A program made the translations under genes and the position numbers. From an uncultured Eubacteriales bacterium (GTDB lineage: Bacteria; Bacillota; Clostridia; Christensenellales; CAG-1252): a stretch of DNA of 64,000 nt. This document shows positions 1 to 11,042 of the stretch, one piece after another. Each line of letters opens with the position of its first letter. Positions within the stretch are counted from its first letter, which is position 1. Below the pieces are notes generated by a model that had not been told where the DNA came from, searched no databases, and worked only from the letters and a program-made list of their open reading frames with translations. The stretch spans positions 7,290-71,289 of the forward strand of contig CADBTQ010000007.1 of NCBI GenBank assembly GCA_902797685.1, written 5' to 3'.

Positions 1-2091
1 GCAACGCTCCGTTTCGCTTTCGATCTTTTCACCCACCTTTTGATAGTCCACCGACGTATACTCGATACCTTGTGGATCGTAGATCATGCGGTCGTCCACC
101 CCGAAGATCGCGCTTAGAGTGTCAAAGCGCGAAGTGTCTCGCTGCGTGTTGGGGAAAGCGTAAAAATCCCGTCTGAACAAAAGGGAAAAACAAGTCCCGT
201 GGAAGGAGTCGGTCATCACGTACTTGGCGTGCATGAGCAAATAGACGATCTCCTCCAAACTGACGTTGTCCATATACCCCGAGTTTTGTAGCATGGCTGC
301 TTTTTCTTTGGGTTTGTATTGGCGGTCGGTGGTGGAGATCTGTTTGCACCCCAACGCTTTTGCCAAGTCGTCAAACGCCTGTATTTTGGCGGGAGTGGGA
401 TCCAAATAATAGGCGAAAACGTAGTCCCCTTGGGGCTTGCGCTCGGCGTTCCAACTCAAACGATCCCACACCGATCGGTCGCAAAGGAAGACGGGATCCA
501 CCACTTGGGTGGCGTTCACGTCAAACTTTTCTTTGAGGATGCGCACCCCCTCGAGTTCACGCGAGGAGATCGCGTCAAAACGGTGCAAAAGGGATTTGGC
601 ATAGGGGATAGCCTCGTTCGGGAAAAAGTATTTGGGATTGCCAAACGAGGTGGAATAGGCGATCTTGCGATTGTGGTCCGAGGCAAAGTTGAGCATAAAA
701 TTGTAGCCTGCCGAAGCGATCATCGCGTCGTAATACCACAACACGTCCGACCCCACGATATAGGTATCGAAAAACTGGTTGTTGCGCCACATCTCCTCGG
801 GGGGATACTTGGCGGTCATGCGGTAGTGATACTTGTGGTTAAAACTGCCCGCCGTGTTGCGGTCGAAGTTGGGCGGGGAGATAAAGGCGGTCGACAGCCC
901 CAGCGACGCGACGTACCGCTCCAAAGCGTAGGCGGTCAAGGTCGAGCCGTAGTTGGAAGAGGAAGTGTGGATCCACCAACCCAAAATGCCCACGTCCATA
1001 AGCGATTTTTCGGCGTAGCGCACCGCCTTAAACAAGCCGTCCTTGTCGAGATGGTAAAAGAAACATTTGCGCATCTCGTTGGGGTAGGTGGGGCGGATCA
1101 AAGCCCCGTTGGTCTTTTTGCAGGTGTCCACCGCCTCGGCGTAGGGCACTTGTTCGAAGCGCGTGCACACGGGTTTGATCTTGCCGAGCCATTCCGCGCC
1201 CTTGAGGGTGTGGGCGAAAACCAACGAAATGCCTCTGCCGTCGTTCCACTCTCTCTTGACTCCCCAGTAATCGCCCAAGGTGATATCGCCCACCCGCTCT
1301 TGGGTGGCATAGGGGCATTGATAGCACGCCGAACGCATATTGATGCCCGAGTAAAACACGCGCATGTATGCGTCGTTGTGCGCGCTGTACACCGTCGTTT
1401 TGTCGGCAAAATCCACTTTGATCAGCGTGCCCCAACCCTTGTCTTTGGAACGGAAATTGACGTGCGTGATCGTCTTCCCTTCGGGGTTGATTCCCTTCAA
1501 AAAAGAACGATACGCCTTGGGCGACGTCGCGCCGTGGCACATCAGATCCACCGTGATCAAATTGGGATAAGGCTTGCCCAACATGGTTTTGAGCGCGTCC
1601 ACTTGACAGGGACAACCGCAAAACAGCAGGGGCTTTTTGTCGTTAAGTTGCCGTTTGATCTCGCGATAAACCTTGTTGACGTCGCTTTGCACGTACTTGG
1701 ACGTAAGCAGTTTGGGCAGGTCTTTTGCGTCGTAGATCACCTGATGGGATACCCCCTTAAAGTCGGGATCGAACGCCGCTCCGCATACGGCGCCGCCCTC
1801 TTGCAGCACGCGATCGGCAAGCGCCTTAAACACGCCGCCGCTACTGCAGTGGTCTCTCACGTCGTCTTTGCACTGAACGCCAAAGGCGAGGTTGCCGTCT
1901 TCGAAGGTGTGTTTGCCGCTAAGCGCGGGGCACTTGGTAGCGCACAGCCCGCAGTCGATGCAGTTGTTTTGCACTTGAGGGTGCAAAAAACCTTCCTCGT
2001 TTTCGACAAACGCAACGGCGTTCACGGGGCAAATATTGGAGCATAATCTGCAACCCGTACAGCGGGCGGGATCCAATGAGGTGACGTTCAC
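1..2091 (-). CDS. Fe-S protein (two 4Fe-4S ferredoxin motifs, FrhB-like) fused to a polysaccharide pyruvyl transferase; the 3' end runs off the window
   Basis: Hand translation of the minus strand from GTG at 2091-2089 stays open to position 1 (697 codons). The GTG overlaps the upstream stop as GTGA. Sequence: VNVTSLDPARCTGCRLCSNICPVNAV..NNCIDCGLCATKCPAL.., later ..GILGWWIHTSSSNYGSTLTAYALERY.. and ..MTDSFHGTCFSLLFRRDF. It is absent from the ORF track because it has no stop in the window. The 575-aa + ORF at 319..2046 is its antisense shadow. Confidence 0.65.
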   Translation of the reverse strand, partial: MNVTSLDPARCTGCRLCSNICPVNAVAFVENEEGFLHPQVQNNCIDCGLCATKCPALSGKHTFEDGNLAFGVQCKDDVRDHCSSGGVFKALADRVLQEGGAVCGAAFDPDFKGVSHQVIYDAKDLPKLLTSKYVQSDVNKVYREIKRQLNDKKPLLFCGCPCQVDALKTMLGKPYPNLITVDLMCHGATSPKAYRSFLKGINPEGKTITHVNFRSKDKGWGTLIKVDFADKTTVYSAHNDAYMRVFYSGINMRSACYQCPYATQERVGDITLGDYWGVKREWNDGRGISLVFAHTLKGAEWLGKIKPVCTRFEQVPYAEAVDTCKKTNGALIRPTYPNEMRKCFFYHLDKDGLFKAVRYAEKSLMDVGILGWWIHTSSSNYGSTLTAYALERYVASLGLSTAFISPPNFDRNTAGSFNHKYHYRMTAKYPPEEMWRNNQFFDTYIVGSDVLWYYDAMIASAGYNFMLNFASDHNRKIAYSTSFGNPKYFFPNEAIPYAKSLLHRFDAISSRELEGVRILKEKFDVNATQVVDPVFLCDRSVWDRLSWNAERKPQGDYVFAYYLDPTPAKIQAFDDLAKALGCKQISTTDRQYKPKEKAAMLQNSGYMDNVSLEEIVYLLMHAKYVMTDSFHGTCFSLLFRRDFYAFPNTQRDTSRFDTLSAIFGVDDRMIYDPQGIEYTSVDYQKVGEKIESETERC

Positions 2092-5000
2092 GATCGTTTC
2101 TCCTTCTTGTGTAAAAATCGTTTGAGCTTTTGACGGAACAGGGTGTGATCCGCAAAAAACAGCACCAGCGCACGTTTCCAACGAGGCAGCCCCATAAACT
2201 GATTGGTCTGCACGATGGGCGTGCTCGCCTTGTCGATGGCGATCTCGGAGGGGGCGGCGACGCCTAGGCGGTGTTGCAGATTGTATTTCCAGATCTCGTA
2301 GAGAGAGGCGGCGTTGTAATTGTAGTAGAGCATATCTTCCGCCGAACAGCACCTAAACGTCCACAGATCCTTTTCGGGGATGTCGTTGATGAATTGCTCG
2401 AAGGGTAAGGAGATCTCGTCCGAGCGGAAGTCGAACATAAAGTCGTCTTTGCCGAACAAGCCGCAGTAATCGGCGATAAAATCGGTCATACCCCGCACCA
2501 TCTCCTCTTGGATATACCTCTCAATGTACCCGTAGCGGGAGTCGTCGTAGAGGGGCACGAGTTTGCCCTCGTCGAAGCGATAGCCGATACACGATGGCGC
2601 CGTCTCCGAGTAAAAATACTCTCTGACGATCGAGGTGATCTTGGGGGTGTATTGCAAAAAGCTGTAGATGCGGAATCCCTGCTTTTGGGAGAGCATGGAT
2701 GCGGACAAGCCCGACGAGTGCAAGAAGCAAACGTCGATCGGCCGTCCCGCCGCTTGACAGAGCATGGATTGGATGCGCCCGCTGTATCCAAGGTCGAAAG
2801 CAACCGTCCCTTTGGGGAAGACTTCCTGAACGGCTAAGGAGAAACGAGCGTTGTACTCGTCCAATTTGTCAAAGTCGAAATAGTGGTTGAGCACCGCGAT
2901 CGTCTTGTGGAACAAGGTTTGATCGGTCAAGTGATCTTGCGGGTCGATTCCCTGTTTTTCCAGAGCGGAAGAGATGATTTGTTTGTCGTCAAAGTAGTCG
3001 GACAACAATTCCATCAACGATTCGGGCGTGTGCTTGTGGATGGCGACCCACTCTTCCAACGCCGCCAGATCGTGCGCTTGTCCTATGGCGACGGGGATCA
3101 TCGAGCGGCGGGATACGCGGAAATAGTCGTACTTGACGTCGTCCAAGCCGCGCCCCTTCATCATGGCGTCGAAAGCCAAAAGGGGGATATACCCGTCCCG
3201 TGCCAAAAACACCACTTTGCGGTAGCCGTTTTGGCGGCAAACGTCGTAGATCCAAGCCGCCAATCCCAACATTTGGGTCCCGAGCAGGTAGTTACCCATA
3301 AAATAAGCGTTGGCGTTGTAGCGCAATTCGGGATTCCACGAAGGATAGGGTTTGGCGAACATACGGTTCATGGATACCGCTTGGGTGGCGTTGAGGTTGA
3401 TTTGAGCGCTCACTTGACCTATGTCGGCAAAAGTCAATACCCTCGGCGTGTGCATGATGTACGCGTCCGAAGTGTAGTTGTCGTAGTGGATGTTAGCGGC
3501 GATCTCGCGGGTATTGGGAACAAACGCCACCTCGAGCCCTTGCTCCTCGGCGCACACGTAGTCGGATTGCCAGTTGTCGCCGATATGCAAAATGGTTTTG
3601 TCCGGGTACTCCTTTTGGAGCAATTTGTACATATTGCCGCTTCCTTTGAGTTTGCCCGTCTCGGAGGAAACGAACAGCTTGTCCCAACCGTCGATGCCGT
3701 TGGCTTGGAGCAAGCGGAGCAAATAGGGTCTTTCGTAATAGGTGTCGGTGGTGACGATCACCGTTTTGCCGACCGCTTGGGCAAAGCGCAACAAGTCCAT
3801 ACCGCCCTCTCTCGGACGGCACAACTCCATATCCAACTCCTCTTCGTAGTTTTGCAGGCGTTTCGCCACGGTAAGCGACACGTCGTACAGCCGAGCAAAC
3901 GCCTCGTATATTTGGGTAAGGGTGCAATCCTCTATTTGGGGATCGGCGGCGTGGATCTCCTCTCGACAAATGCGCTCGGCGTCCTTGCGCTTGGATACAA
4001 AGTCCACGATCCCTTGTCGTTTGAGGTGGTCGGCATAGCGGATCGCCAAGAAAGAAAACGCGTCGTCGGGGGAGAGGAAGGGGCGCACCAACAAAGTGTC
4101 GAACAAGTCGAAAGACACCACGTCCGTCTTGGGATCGCGGATCCGTCCTCTCAGTTTTTCGGCAAAATGCTGATTGCTCTGCCACGTGGTGCGAATGTCG
4201 TAAAAATAAAAGTCGTCGGGGTGGGACAGTTCCAGTTGGGTCTTGTCAAACCCTTTGAGCAACAAGTCGCGATACTTGGGGTTGTCGTACACCCCGCGAG
4301 CGTACAAAATGTTGCAGTGAATGCGGAAGTTACGATCCTTGTATCGTTCAAAAGAGTCTTTGTAGCGCTCGTAAACCCCGTGTTTTTTCAAAAACGCCTC
4401 GAAAAAGCGGAACACTCGCGAGATGTCGTCGATATGTTTGGCGATGCGCTCCATCGAAATGCTCGCGCTGGTGGACGCTTGCTCGTTGCGGAAGTAAAAA
4501 TAAGCGTCGTGATCGGAAAACGCCATGCGCCGAGCATAGTAATACAGCACCGCCGAGTAGGCGATATCTTCCGCCATGATGAGGTGTTTGTCGATGGCGT
4601 CGTATTCGGGGCGCGCTTTGCGCCACAGTTCCATCGAGTACAATTTGTTCCACACCGTGTGCCAAGCGAAGTCGTACCCTTCGTCGTCCATAAAGACGTC
4701 CATGATGGCGTCCCCGACCAAGGTGGGGCGATGGAAGCAAAGGGACGCGTAGTTGTTTTCGATATAGTAATCTTTGCCGTTGTGCTGTACCGTGTTGGCG
4801 AGCACCATGTCCGCTTTTTCTTCCTCGGCTTTTTGTACGAGCAGTCGGATCCAATCCATGGAGATGGTGTCGTCCGAGTCCACAAAGCAAATATAGTCGC
4901 CCGTGGCTACGTCGGCACCCGCCAGTCTGGCGTGAAACAGTCCGCGGTTACGGTCGTAGGTGACCAATTTGACGCGGGGGTCTTTTTGGGCAAATTGCTC

Positions 5001-5156
5001 GATGATGGAGACGGAGTCGTCGGGGCTGGCGTCGTTGACGCAAATGATTTCCAAACGGGGATAGGTTTGTTGACAAATGCTCGTCAAACAAGCCGGCAGA
5101 TATTCATGCGTGTTATAAACGGGGACGACGACGGAGACAAGTGGTGATACGTTCAT
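2088..5156 (-). CDS. Glycosyltransferase family 2 domain fused to a HAD-like hydrolase domain and a large uncharacterised C-terminal region (1022 aa)
   Basis: N-terminus VSVVVPVYNTHEYLPACLTSICQQTYPRLEIICVNDASPDDS...FVDSDD has the GT2 signature. The middle has a HAD-type DxDxT motif (VVSFDLFDTLLVRPF). It forms an operon with the neighbouring polysaccharide gene. Confidence 0.75.
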   Translation of the reverse strand: MNVSPLVSVVVPVYNTHEYLPACLTSICQQTYPRLEIICVNDASPDDSVSIIEQFAQKDPRVKLVTYDRNRGLFHARLAGADVATGDYICFVDSDDTISMDWIRLLVQKAEEEKADMVLANTVQHNGKDYYIENNYASLCFHRPTLVGDAIMDVFMDDEGYDFAWHTVWNKLYSMELWRKARPEYDAIDKHLIMAEDIAYSAVLYYYARRMAFSDHDAYFYFRNEQASTSASISMERIAKHIDDISRVFRFFEAFLKKHGVYERYKDSFERYKDRNFRIHCNILYARGVYDNPKYRDLLLKGFDKTQLELSHPDDFYFYDIRTTWQSNQHFAEKLRGRIRDPKTDVVSFDLFDTLLVRPFLSPDDAFSFLAIRYADHLKRQGIVDFVSKRKDAERICREEIHAADPQIEDCTLTQIYEAFARLYDVSLTVAKRLQNYEEELDMELCRPREGGMDLLRFAQAVGKTVIVTTDTYYERPYLLRLLQANGIDGWDKLFVSSETGKLKGSGNMYKLLQKEYPDKTILHIGDNWQSDYVCAEEQGLEVAFVPNTREIAANIHYDNYTSDAYIMHTPRVLTFADIGQVSAQINLNATQAVSMNRMFAKPYPSWNPELRYNANAYFMGNYLLGTQMLGLAAWIYDVCRQNGYRKVVFLARDGYIPLLAFDAMMKGRGLDDVKYDYFRVSRRSMIPVAIGQAHDLAALEEWVAIHKHTPESLMELLSDYFDDKQIISSALEKQGIDPQDHLTDQTLFHKTIAVLNHYFDFDKLDEYNARFSLAVQEVFPKGTVAFDLGYSGRIQSMLCQAAGRPIDVCFLHSSGLSASMLSQKQGFRIYSFLQYTPKITSIVREYFYSETAPSCIGYRFDEGKLVPLYDDSRYGYIERYIQEEMVRGMTDFIADYCGLFGKDDFMFDFRSDEISLPFEQFINDIPEKDLWTFRCCSAEDMLYYNYNAASLYEIWKYNLQHRLGVAAPSEIAIDKASTPIVQTNQFMGLPRWKRALVLFFADHTLFRQKLKRFLHKKEKRS

Positions 5157-5242
5157 GATAACTCCTCTATATTGCGCTCCTTTAGGAGTATCCCCTTAGT
5201 AGCGCACACGTAAACATATCATACCAAACAAATCCGAGTATG

Positions 5243-6847
5243 TCAAGAGTTGGCGTCCGCAAGAAGGTCCTCCGGCTCTTTGGGAGCGGTGGCTTTGAGC
5301 CAGCGGGCGCGGCGGACGAGGTGGGAGACGATCATGACGAGAGCGCAAAAGAGCGCGCCCAAAAGGAAGCCCGAAAAGTTGATCAAGGCGTCCTCGAAAC
5401 TGCCGTAACGCCCCGCGGTGATCTCGGGAAGCTGCAAAAACTCGCCGAGTAGGGAAGTAAATACGCCGATGACTATGGTGGCGGGGGCGATCATAAAGCG
5501 GTGACGGCGATAGGCAAACCACATAAGACCCAAGGCGCAAAAGCCTAAGGCGGCGTTGCCCATAAAGTGCCCCAATATCTTGCGCACCCACTTGACGAAG
5601 TTGCCGATAAGGGTGCATTTGACCCGATACGACCCGCTAAGCGAGGGGTCGAGCACGCTGGTGGCGGTGATGGTCACGTTGCCGAAGCGGTGTACGGTCA
5701 CCTGCCCTTTTTCGTCCACTTCGGCGATCTTGGGGTCGGAGGACGACCAAGTCACGCTGTCCCCGCCCGAGGTGTAAAACCCGACCGCTTGCACGTAATA
5801 GCGGGTAGTGGTATCCATGCCCGCTTTTTCGGGACCCACCACGTTGATGGCGGTGGGGTTGACCCTTCGGACGGACACGTTGACGACGTAACGGAAAGAG
5901 GGGTCGTAGAGATTGGTGACCTCGATCTTACCCTTGCCTTCGGCAATTCCTTGCATCGATCCGGACAGGGACGTCTTGACGATCTTGGGGGTCAGCGAGC
6001 GATATTGCGGTACAAACGTCGCCCCCTCTTGGGCGGTCACTTGCAAGGTATATTGGTGTCCGTACAGCAAATTCGTCGACGCCGCTTTGCCCCCGATATC
6101 CACGTATACGGCAAGGTCGGTGGGTGCAACGAACGGCGCGTCCAAGATGGTGACAGGGTACTCGTGACGGAACCCGTCGCGGGAAGCGACGAGACGGGTC
6201 TCTCCCGCCTTGAGGGCGCAAAAGCCCAAATCGCCGAAGTAAAAATACTCCTCGTCCCACTCCCATTCGCACCAAATAAAGGTGCTGGGTTTGTCTTGAT
6301 CCGTCTCCCCGTCCACTATGGGATAGCACACGGGGTAGAGGACGGTGTACAAGTTGATCTCAGACGGGATATCCGCCGCAAAATCGTTGGGCGGGGGAGC
6401 GCAGGTGAGGGCGATACGCCTTTCCACGTCGGTGGACATGGCGGAACGTGCGACGATGGTCACGCCCGCGTATTGGTGGAAGGTGACCACGCCCTTGTCG
6501 TCCACCGTGGCGGCGTCCCCGTTGCTCGACGACCACTTGAGGGTGGGGTCGGTGGCGTTGGACGGGTAAACGGACGGATTGAGCGGGTAGGGTACTCCCA
6601 GTTGGGGTTCTCCTTCGGGCGAAAAGCCGATGGACGATACCACGACCGTGCCCGTATTCACCGCAAAAGTGGTCACCACCTTGTCGGCGACTTGCTGTCC
6701 GGTGGCTGCCGAACTGGAACCGCCTTTGACGTTTTCCACCACCAAAACGGTCGCCACCACCGCAAAAAGAACGGCGAACACAATGGCGCCGATCGTGCGG
6801 AACAGGGGTTTGATGGGGGGTGTTTTGATCTTAGCGGCGGTACTCAT
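5243..6847 (-). CDS. Membrane-anchored protein with Big_2-like Ig repeats and a C-terminal VanZ-like multi-TM domain (534 aa)
   Basis: N-terminal TM helix (IGAIVFAVLFAVVATVLVV). Repeated ..GVVTFHQYAGVTIVARS.. and ..GQVTVHRFGNVTITATS.. segments typical of Big_2. The C-terminus KILGHFMGNAALGFCALGLMWFAY...FSGFLLGALFCALVMIV is VanZ-like. Confidence 0.55.
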   Translation of the reverse strand: MSTAAKIKTPPIKPLFRTIGAIVFAVLFAVVATVLVVENVKGGSSSAATGQQVADKVVTTFAVNTGTVVVSSIGFSPEGEPQLGVPYPLNPSVYPSNATDPTLKWSSSNGDAATVDDKGVVTFHQYAGVTIVARSAMSTDVERRIALTCAPPPNDFAADIPSEINLYTVLYPVCYPIVDGETDQDKPSTFIWCEWEWDEEYFYFGDLGFCALKAGETRLVASRDGFRHEYPVTILDAPFVAPTDLAVYVDIGGKAASTNLLYGHQYTLQVTAQEGATFVPQYRSLTPKIVKTSLSGSMQGIAEGKGKIEVTNLYDPSFRYVVNVSVRRVNPTAINVVGPEKAGMDTTTRYYVQAVGFYTSGGDSVTWSSSDPKIAEVDEKGQVTVHRFGNVTITATSVLDPSLSGSYRVKCTLIGNFVKWVRKILGHFMGNAALGFCALGLMWFAYRRHRFMIAPATIVIGVFTSLLGEFLQLPEITAGRYGSFEDALINFSGFLLGALFCALVMIVSHLVRRARWLKATAPKEPEDLLADANS

Positions 6848-6935
6848 ATCTTATTTTATCACAAATTGTTTTGCGTGTGCAACGGGGAAGGGCGTATTCC
6901 GTGCAAAAAAATCTAACGATTTTTGGTGATAAGGC

Positions 6936-6965
6936 TTGCTTGGGGGTATGCCGATTTGGTACAAT
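6936..6965 (+). promoter_or_regulatory. Putative sigma70-type promoter of guaB (TTGCTT-N18-TGgTACAAT, extended -10)
   Basis: Hexamers read directly from the sequence, 32 nt upstream of the guaB ATG. An AGGAGG RBS follows. Confidence 0.45.
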
Positions 6966-6997
6966 GTTGATAATAACCGTTTGACAAAGGAGGACTT

Positions 6998-8500
6998 ATG
7001 GCTCACTACTGCGATCAACCGTCGAGGACTTTCAGCGAATATCTGCTCATTCCGGGCTACACGGACGAAAACTGCATCCCCCAAAACGTGGATCTTAGGA
7101 CGCCCTTGGTCAAGTTCCGCCAAGGAGAAACGAGCGCCATCACCCTCAATATCCCCTTGACCAGCGCCATCATGCAATCGGTCAGCAACGATACCATGGC
7201 GATCGCGCTTGCCAAAGAGGGAGGGCTCAGCTTTATCTATGGGGCGCAAACCCCCGAAAACCAAGCCGAAATGGTGCGCCGCGTCAAAAAGTACAAGGCG
7301 GGCTACGTCATCTCGGACAGCAACGTCCGTCCCGACGACACCTTGGCGGACGTGTTGGCGTTGGTCGAAAGGCAGGGGCACAACACGGTGGCGGTCACCT
7401 CGGACGGCTCTCCCAACGGGGTGTTGATGGGCATCGTCACTTCGCGCGATTATCGCGTCAGCCGCATGAATCCCTCGGACAAAGTGGCGACCTTTATGAC
7501 GCCTTTGTCCAAGTTGGTGGTGGCGGACGAGTCCACCACCCTTACCGAAGCCAACGACATCATTTGGGAAAACAAACTCAATTCCCTGCCTTTGGTGGAC
7601 AAAGAGGGTAGGCTCGCCTACTTCGTGTTCCGCAAAGACTATTCTTCCCACAAGGAAAACCCCAACGAGATCCTGGATCATAACAAACGCTATCTGGTCG
7701 GCGCGGGTATCAATACGCTCGACTACGAAAAGCGGGTGCCCCTTTTGTTGGAAGCGGGCGCGGACGTGTTGTGTATCGACAGTTCGGAAGGGTACACCGT
7801 GTGGCAAAAACGCACCTTGGACTACATTCGCTCCCACTACGGCGACAAGGTCAAAGTGGGCGCGGGCAACGTGGTGGACCGCGACGGATTTTTGTTCCTT
7901 GCCGAGGCGGGCGCCGACTTCGTCAAAGTGGGTATCGGCGGGGGCAGTATCTGTATCACCCGCGAGCAAAAGGGTATCGGTCGCGGACAAGCCAGCGCGG
8001 TCATCGAGGTGGCGGCGGCTCGCGACGAATACTTCCGCAAGACGGGGGTGTATATCCCCATCTGTTCGGACGGGGGCATCGTGCACGACTACCACATGAC
8101 CTTAGCATTGGCGATGGGCGCCGACTTTTTGATGTTGGGTCGCTACTTCGCCCGTTTTGACGAAAGTCCCACCGAAATTATCAACGTGGGCGGCGCTTAT
8201 TACAAAGAATATTGGGGCGAGGGGTCCAACCGCGCCCGCAACTGGCAACGCTACGACTTGGGCAGCAAAACGGGGTTGAGTTTTGAAGAGGGCGTGGATA
8301 GCTACGTGCCTTACGCCGGCGCTCTCAAAGACAACGTCGCCAAGAGTTTGTACAAGGTGCGTTCCACCATGTGCAACTGCGGCGTGACCTCGATCGAGCA
8401 GCTGCATCGCGACGCCAAGATGACTTTGGTGTCCGCCACTTCCATCGTGGAAGGGGGCAGTCACGACGTGATCCTCAAGAGCAATACCCGCAACAATTAG
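6998..8500 (+). CDS. guaB: IMP dehydrogenase
   Basis: 500 aa. It has a CBS pair region and the catalytic loop [37 protein letters not shown] upstream. Confidence 0.9.
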   Translation: MAHYCDQPSRTFSEYLLIPGYTDENCIPQNVDLRTPLVKFRQGETSAITLNIPLTSAIMQSVSNDTMAIALAKEGGLSFIYGAQTPENQAEMVRRVKKYKAGYVISDSNVRPDDTLADVLALVERQGHNTVAVTSDGSPNGVLMGIVTSRDYRVSRMNPSDKVATFMTPLSKLVVADESTTLTEANDIIWENKLNSLPLVDKEGRLAYFVFRKDYSSHKENPNEILDHNKRYLVGAGINTLDYEKRVPLLLEAGADVLCIDSSEGYTVWQKRTLDYIRSHYGDKVKVGAGNVVDRDGFLFLAEAGADFVKVGIGGGSICITREQKGIGRGQASAVIEVAAARDEYFRKTGVYIPICSDGGIVHDYHMTLALAMGADFLMLGRYFARFDESPTEIINVGGAYYKEYWGEGSNRARNWQRYDLGSKTGLSFEEGVDSYVPYAGALKDNVAKSLYKVRSTMCNCGVTSIEQLHRDAKMTLVSATSIVEGGSHDVILKSNTRNN

Positions 8501-8508
8501 GAGGCAAT

Positions 8509-10176
8509 ATGGCATATTTGACCGATATAGAGATAGCGCAGCGGCACGAGATGCTGCCCATCGACGAGATCGCAAAGGTGGCGGGGATCCCCGCCGATAT
8601 GTTGGAGCATTACGGCCGTTACAAAGCCAAGGTCGATCTGTCCTTGGCGTACCGCGAGCCCCAAGCCAAATTGGTGCTCGTCACCGCCATCAACCCCACG
8701 CCCGCCGGCGAGGGCAAAACCACCGTCACCATCGGTTTGGCGGACGGCTTGCGCCGCATCGGCAAAAAGAGTATCGTCGCTTTGCGCGAGCCGAGTTTGG
8801 GTCCCGTGTTCGGGCTCAAAGGGGGCGCGACGGGGGGCGGCTACAGCCAAGTGGTGCCCATGGAAGACATCAACCTGCACTTTACGGGGGATTTCCACGC
8901 CATCGGCGCCGCCAACAACCTGCTCGCCGCCATGTTGGACAACCACATCCACCAAGGCAACGAGTTGGATATCGATTTGGACAACATCGTGTGGACGCGT
9001 TGCGTGGATATGAACGACCGTCAGTTGCGTACCATCGAGTCAGGACTAGGCGGCAAAGCCAACGGCGTGCCCCACAAAGACCATTTTTGCATTACCGTCG
9101 CAAGCGAAGTGATGGCGGTGCTGTGCTTGGCGTCCTCGATCGCGGATCTCAAACAACGGTTGGGACGCATCGTGGTCGCTTACAACAAGCAGGGCGAGCC
9201 CGTGACCGCGCACGACTTGCACGCCGAGGGCGCGATGGCGGTATTGCTCAAAGACGCCATCAAACCCAACCTTGTGCAGACCTTGGGCGGCACGCCCGCG
9301 CTGGTGCACGGCGGTCCCTTTGCCAATATCGCGCACGGTTGCAACTCGGTGTTGGCGACCCGCACGGCGATGGCGTTGGGCGAGTATGCGGTCACCGAGG
9401 CGGGCTTCGGCGCCGACTTGGGAGCCGAAAAGTTTTTGGATATCAAATGCCGCATGGCGGGCTTGACCCCCTCGGCGGTGGTGTTGGTCGCGACCGTTCG
9501 CGCCCTCAAATTGCACGGGGGAGCGGACAAGGCGGAACTGGCGAAAGAGGATTTGGACGCTTTAAGTAGGGGCTTGCCCAACCTGTTGCGCCACGTCCAC
9601 AACCTGCAGGACGTGTACCGACTTCCCACCGTGGTCGCCCTCAATCACTTCGTCAGCGACGCCCCCGCCGAATTGGCGCTGGTGCAAAAGTCGCTCGAAG
9701 GCGTTTGCCCGGTGGTCTTGGCGGACGTGTGGCTCAAAGGTGGCGAAGGCGCCGAGGAGTTGGCGCGCAAGGTGGTCGAACTCTCCCAAAGCCCTTCCCG
9801 CTTCCGCTTCTCTTACCAACTGGACGAAGGGGGCATCGAGGACAAGATCCGCGCCCTTGCCACCCGTATCTACGGGGCGAAGGACATCGCGTTGGGCGAG
9901 GGGGTCAAAGAACAGATCGCCCGCTTGGAAAAGGACGGCTGCGGCAACCTTCCCATCTGCGTCGCCAAGACCCAGTACAGTTTTTCGGACAACGCCAACC
10001 TGTTGGGCGCGCCCGAGGACTTTACGGTGGCGGTCAGAGGGGTCAAAGTGTCCCAAGGCGCGGGATTCGTGGTGGTGTACACGGGCAAGATCATGACTAT
10101 GCCCGGGCTTCCCAAAGAGCCCGCCGCCAATCGCATCGACATCGACCCCGATGGGGTAGTGTCGGGACTGTTTTGA
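8509..10176 (+). CDS. fhs: Formate--tetrahydrofolate ligase
   Basis: [22 protein letters not shown]...[15 protein letters not shown]... The start was moved to the ATG at 8509, which sits behind AGGAGG. The 8371 start in the ORF track would overlap guaB. Confidence 0.92.
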   Translation: MAYLTDIEIAQRHEMLPIDEIAKVAGIPADMLEHYGRYKAKVDLSLAYREPQAKLVLVTAINPTPAGEGKTTVTIGLADGLRRIGKKSIVALREPSLGPVFGLKGGATGGGYSQVVPMEDINLHFTGDFHAIGAANNLLAAMLDNHIHQGNELDIDLDNIVWTRCVDMNDRQLRTIESGLGGKANGVPHKDHFCITVASEVMAVLCLASSIADLKQRLGRIVVAYNKQGEPVTAHDLHAEGAMAVLLKDAIKPNLVQTLGGTPALVHGGPFANIAHGCNSVLATRTAMALGEYAVTEAGFGADLGAEKFLDIKCRMAGLTPSAVVLVATVRALKLHGGADKAELAKEDLDALSRGLPNLLRHVHNLQDVYRLPTVVALNHFVSDAPAELALVQKSLEGVCPVVLADVWLKGGEGAEELARKVVELSQSPSRFRFSYQLDEGGIEDKIRALATRIYGAKDIALGEGVKEQIARLEKDGCGNLPICVAKTQYSFSDNANLLGAPEDFTVAVRGVKVSQGAGFVVVYTGKIMTMPGLPKEPAANRIDIDPDGVVSGLF

Positions 10177-10184
10177 GGTGAAAT

Positions 10185-11042
10185 ATGATACTGTTAGACG
10201 GCAAACAAACGGCAAAAGCCGTAAGAGAGAAGATCAAAATCTGCGCCCAAGAGGCGATGGCTAAGTGGGGCGACCCCATTACGTTGGCGGTGATACTGGT
10301 CGGGGAAGACCCCGCCAGTCAAGTGTACGTGGGCAACAAGATCAAAGGTTGCGCCCAAGTGGGATTCGAGTCCCGCAAGGTGGTGCTGCCCGAGACGGCG
10401 AGCCAAGAGGAAGTCGCCGCGTCTATCCGCGCCCTCAACGCCGACCCCTCGGTACACGGGGTGCTGTTGCAGCTGCCTCTGCCCAAGCATCTCGACGAGC
10501 AGGCGTTGCTCGCCTTGATCGACCCCGACAAGGACGTGGACGGACTGCATATCGTACAGCGGGGCAGACTGTTTTGCGGCTTGCCTTCTCTACTCCCTTG
10601 CACCCCCTTTGGGATCATGAAACTGTTGGAGACCTACGGGATCGATCCCGCGGGCAAGCGCGCGGTCGTGATCGGGCGCAGTAATTTGGTGGGCAAACCC
10701 TTGGCGATGATGCTCCTCAACGCCAACGCCACCGTGACCGTGTGCCACAGCCGCACCCTCGATCTACCCTCGGTGACCAAAGAGGCGGATATCCTCGTCG
10801 CGGCGGTGGGCAAACCCAACTTTGTGACGGCGGACATGGTCAAAGAAGGGGCGATCGTCATCGACGTGGGCATCAACCGCGTGGACGGCAAATTGGTGGG
10901 AGACGTCGATTACGACGAGGTCGCCCCCAAGTGTTCGTATATCACTCCCGTGCCGGGCGGCGTGGGACCCATGACCGTGACCATGTTGCTCGCCAACACC
11001 CTGAAGGCGTACGAAAACGTACACGCGATTGCCGCGCAATGA
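10185..11042 (+). CDS. folD: Bifunctional methylene-THF dehydrogenase / methenyl-THF cyclohydrolase
   Basis: 285 aa: [17 protein letters not shown]...[14 protein letters not shown]...[13 protein letters not shown]. Adjacent to fhs. Confidence 0.92.
   Translation: MILLDGKQTAKAVREKIKICAQEAMAKWGDPITLAVILVGEDPASQVYVGNKIKGCAQVGFESRKVVLPETASQEEVAASIRALNADPSVHGVLLQLPLPKHLDEQALLALIDPDKDVDGLHIVQRGRLFCGLPSLLPCTPFGIMKLLETYGIDPAGKRAVVIGRSNLVGKPLAMMLLNANATVTVCHSRTLDLPSVTKEADILVAAVGKPNFVTADMVKEGAIVIDVGINRVDGKLVGDVDYDEVAPKCSYITPVPGGVGPMTVTMLLANTLKAYENVHAIAAQ

Noticed and set aside
319-2046. Long + strand ORF (575 aa) covering the left end of the window
   Set aside because: Its sequence is low-complexity and rich in G/V/R/H, with no motifs. 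The opposite strand encodes a protein with clear ferredoxin and pyruvyl-transferase motifs in an uninterrupted 697-codon frame, so this is a typical antisense shadow ORF of GC-rich coding DNA.
2883-5147. 754-aa + ORF, together with the analogous long antisense ORFs at 5567..6916(+), 6851..8095(-), 11159..12547(+), 19608..21224(-), 22307..23446(-), 23840..25708(-), 29313..30806(+), 30992..32080(-), 34236..35723(-), 44259..45614(+), 45791..47467(+), 55610..56320(-), 60852..61850(-) and 62238..63350(-)
   Set aside because: Each lies antisense to a gene with unmistakable family motifs (GT2, guaB, EF-G, EF-Tu, RNase R, ProRS, ArgRS, ribosomal proteins and others). Each has the skewed G/V/R/D/H composition of shadow frames.
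8371-8508. Upstream extension of fhs overlapping the guaB 3' end
   Set aside because: Canonical Fhs N-terminal homology starts at [10 protein letters not shown] (8509), directly behind AGGAGG. The extension is R/Q-rich nonsense read from the guaB region in another frame.
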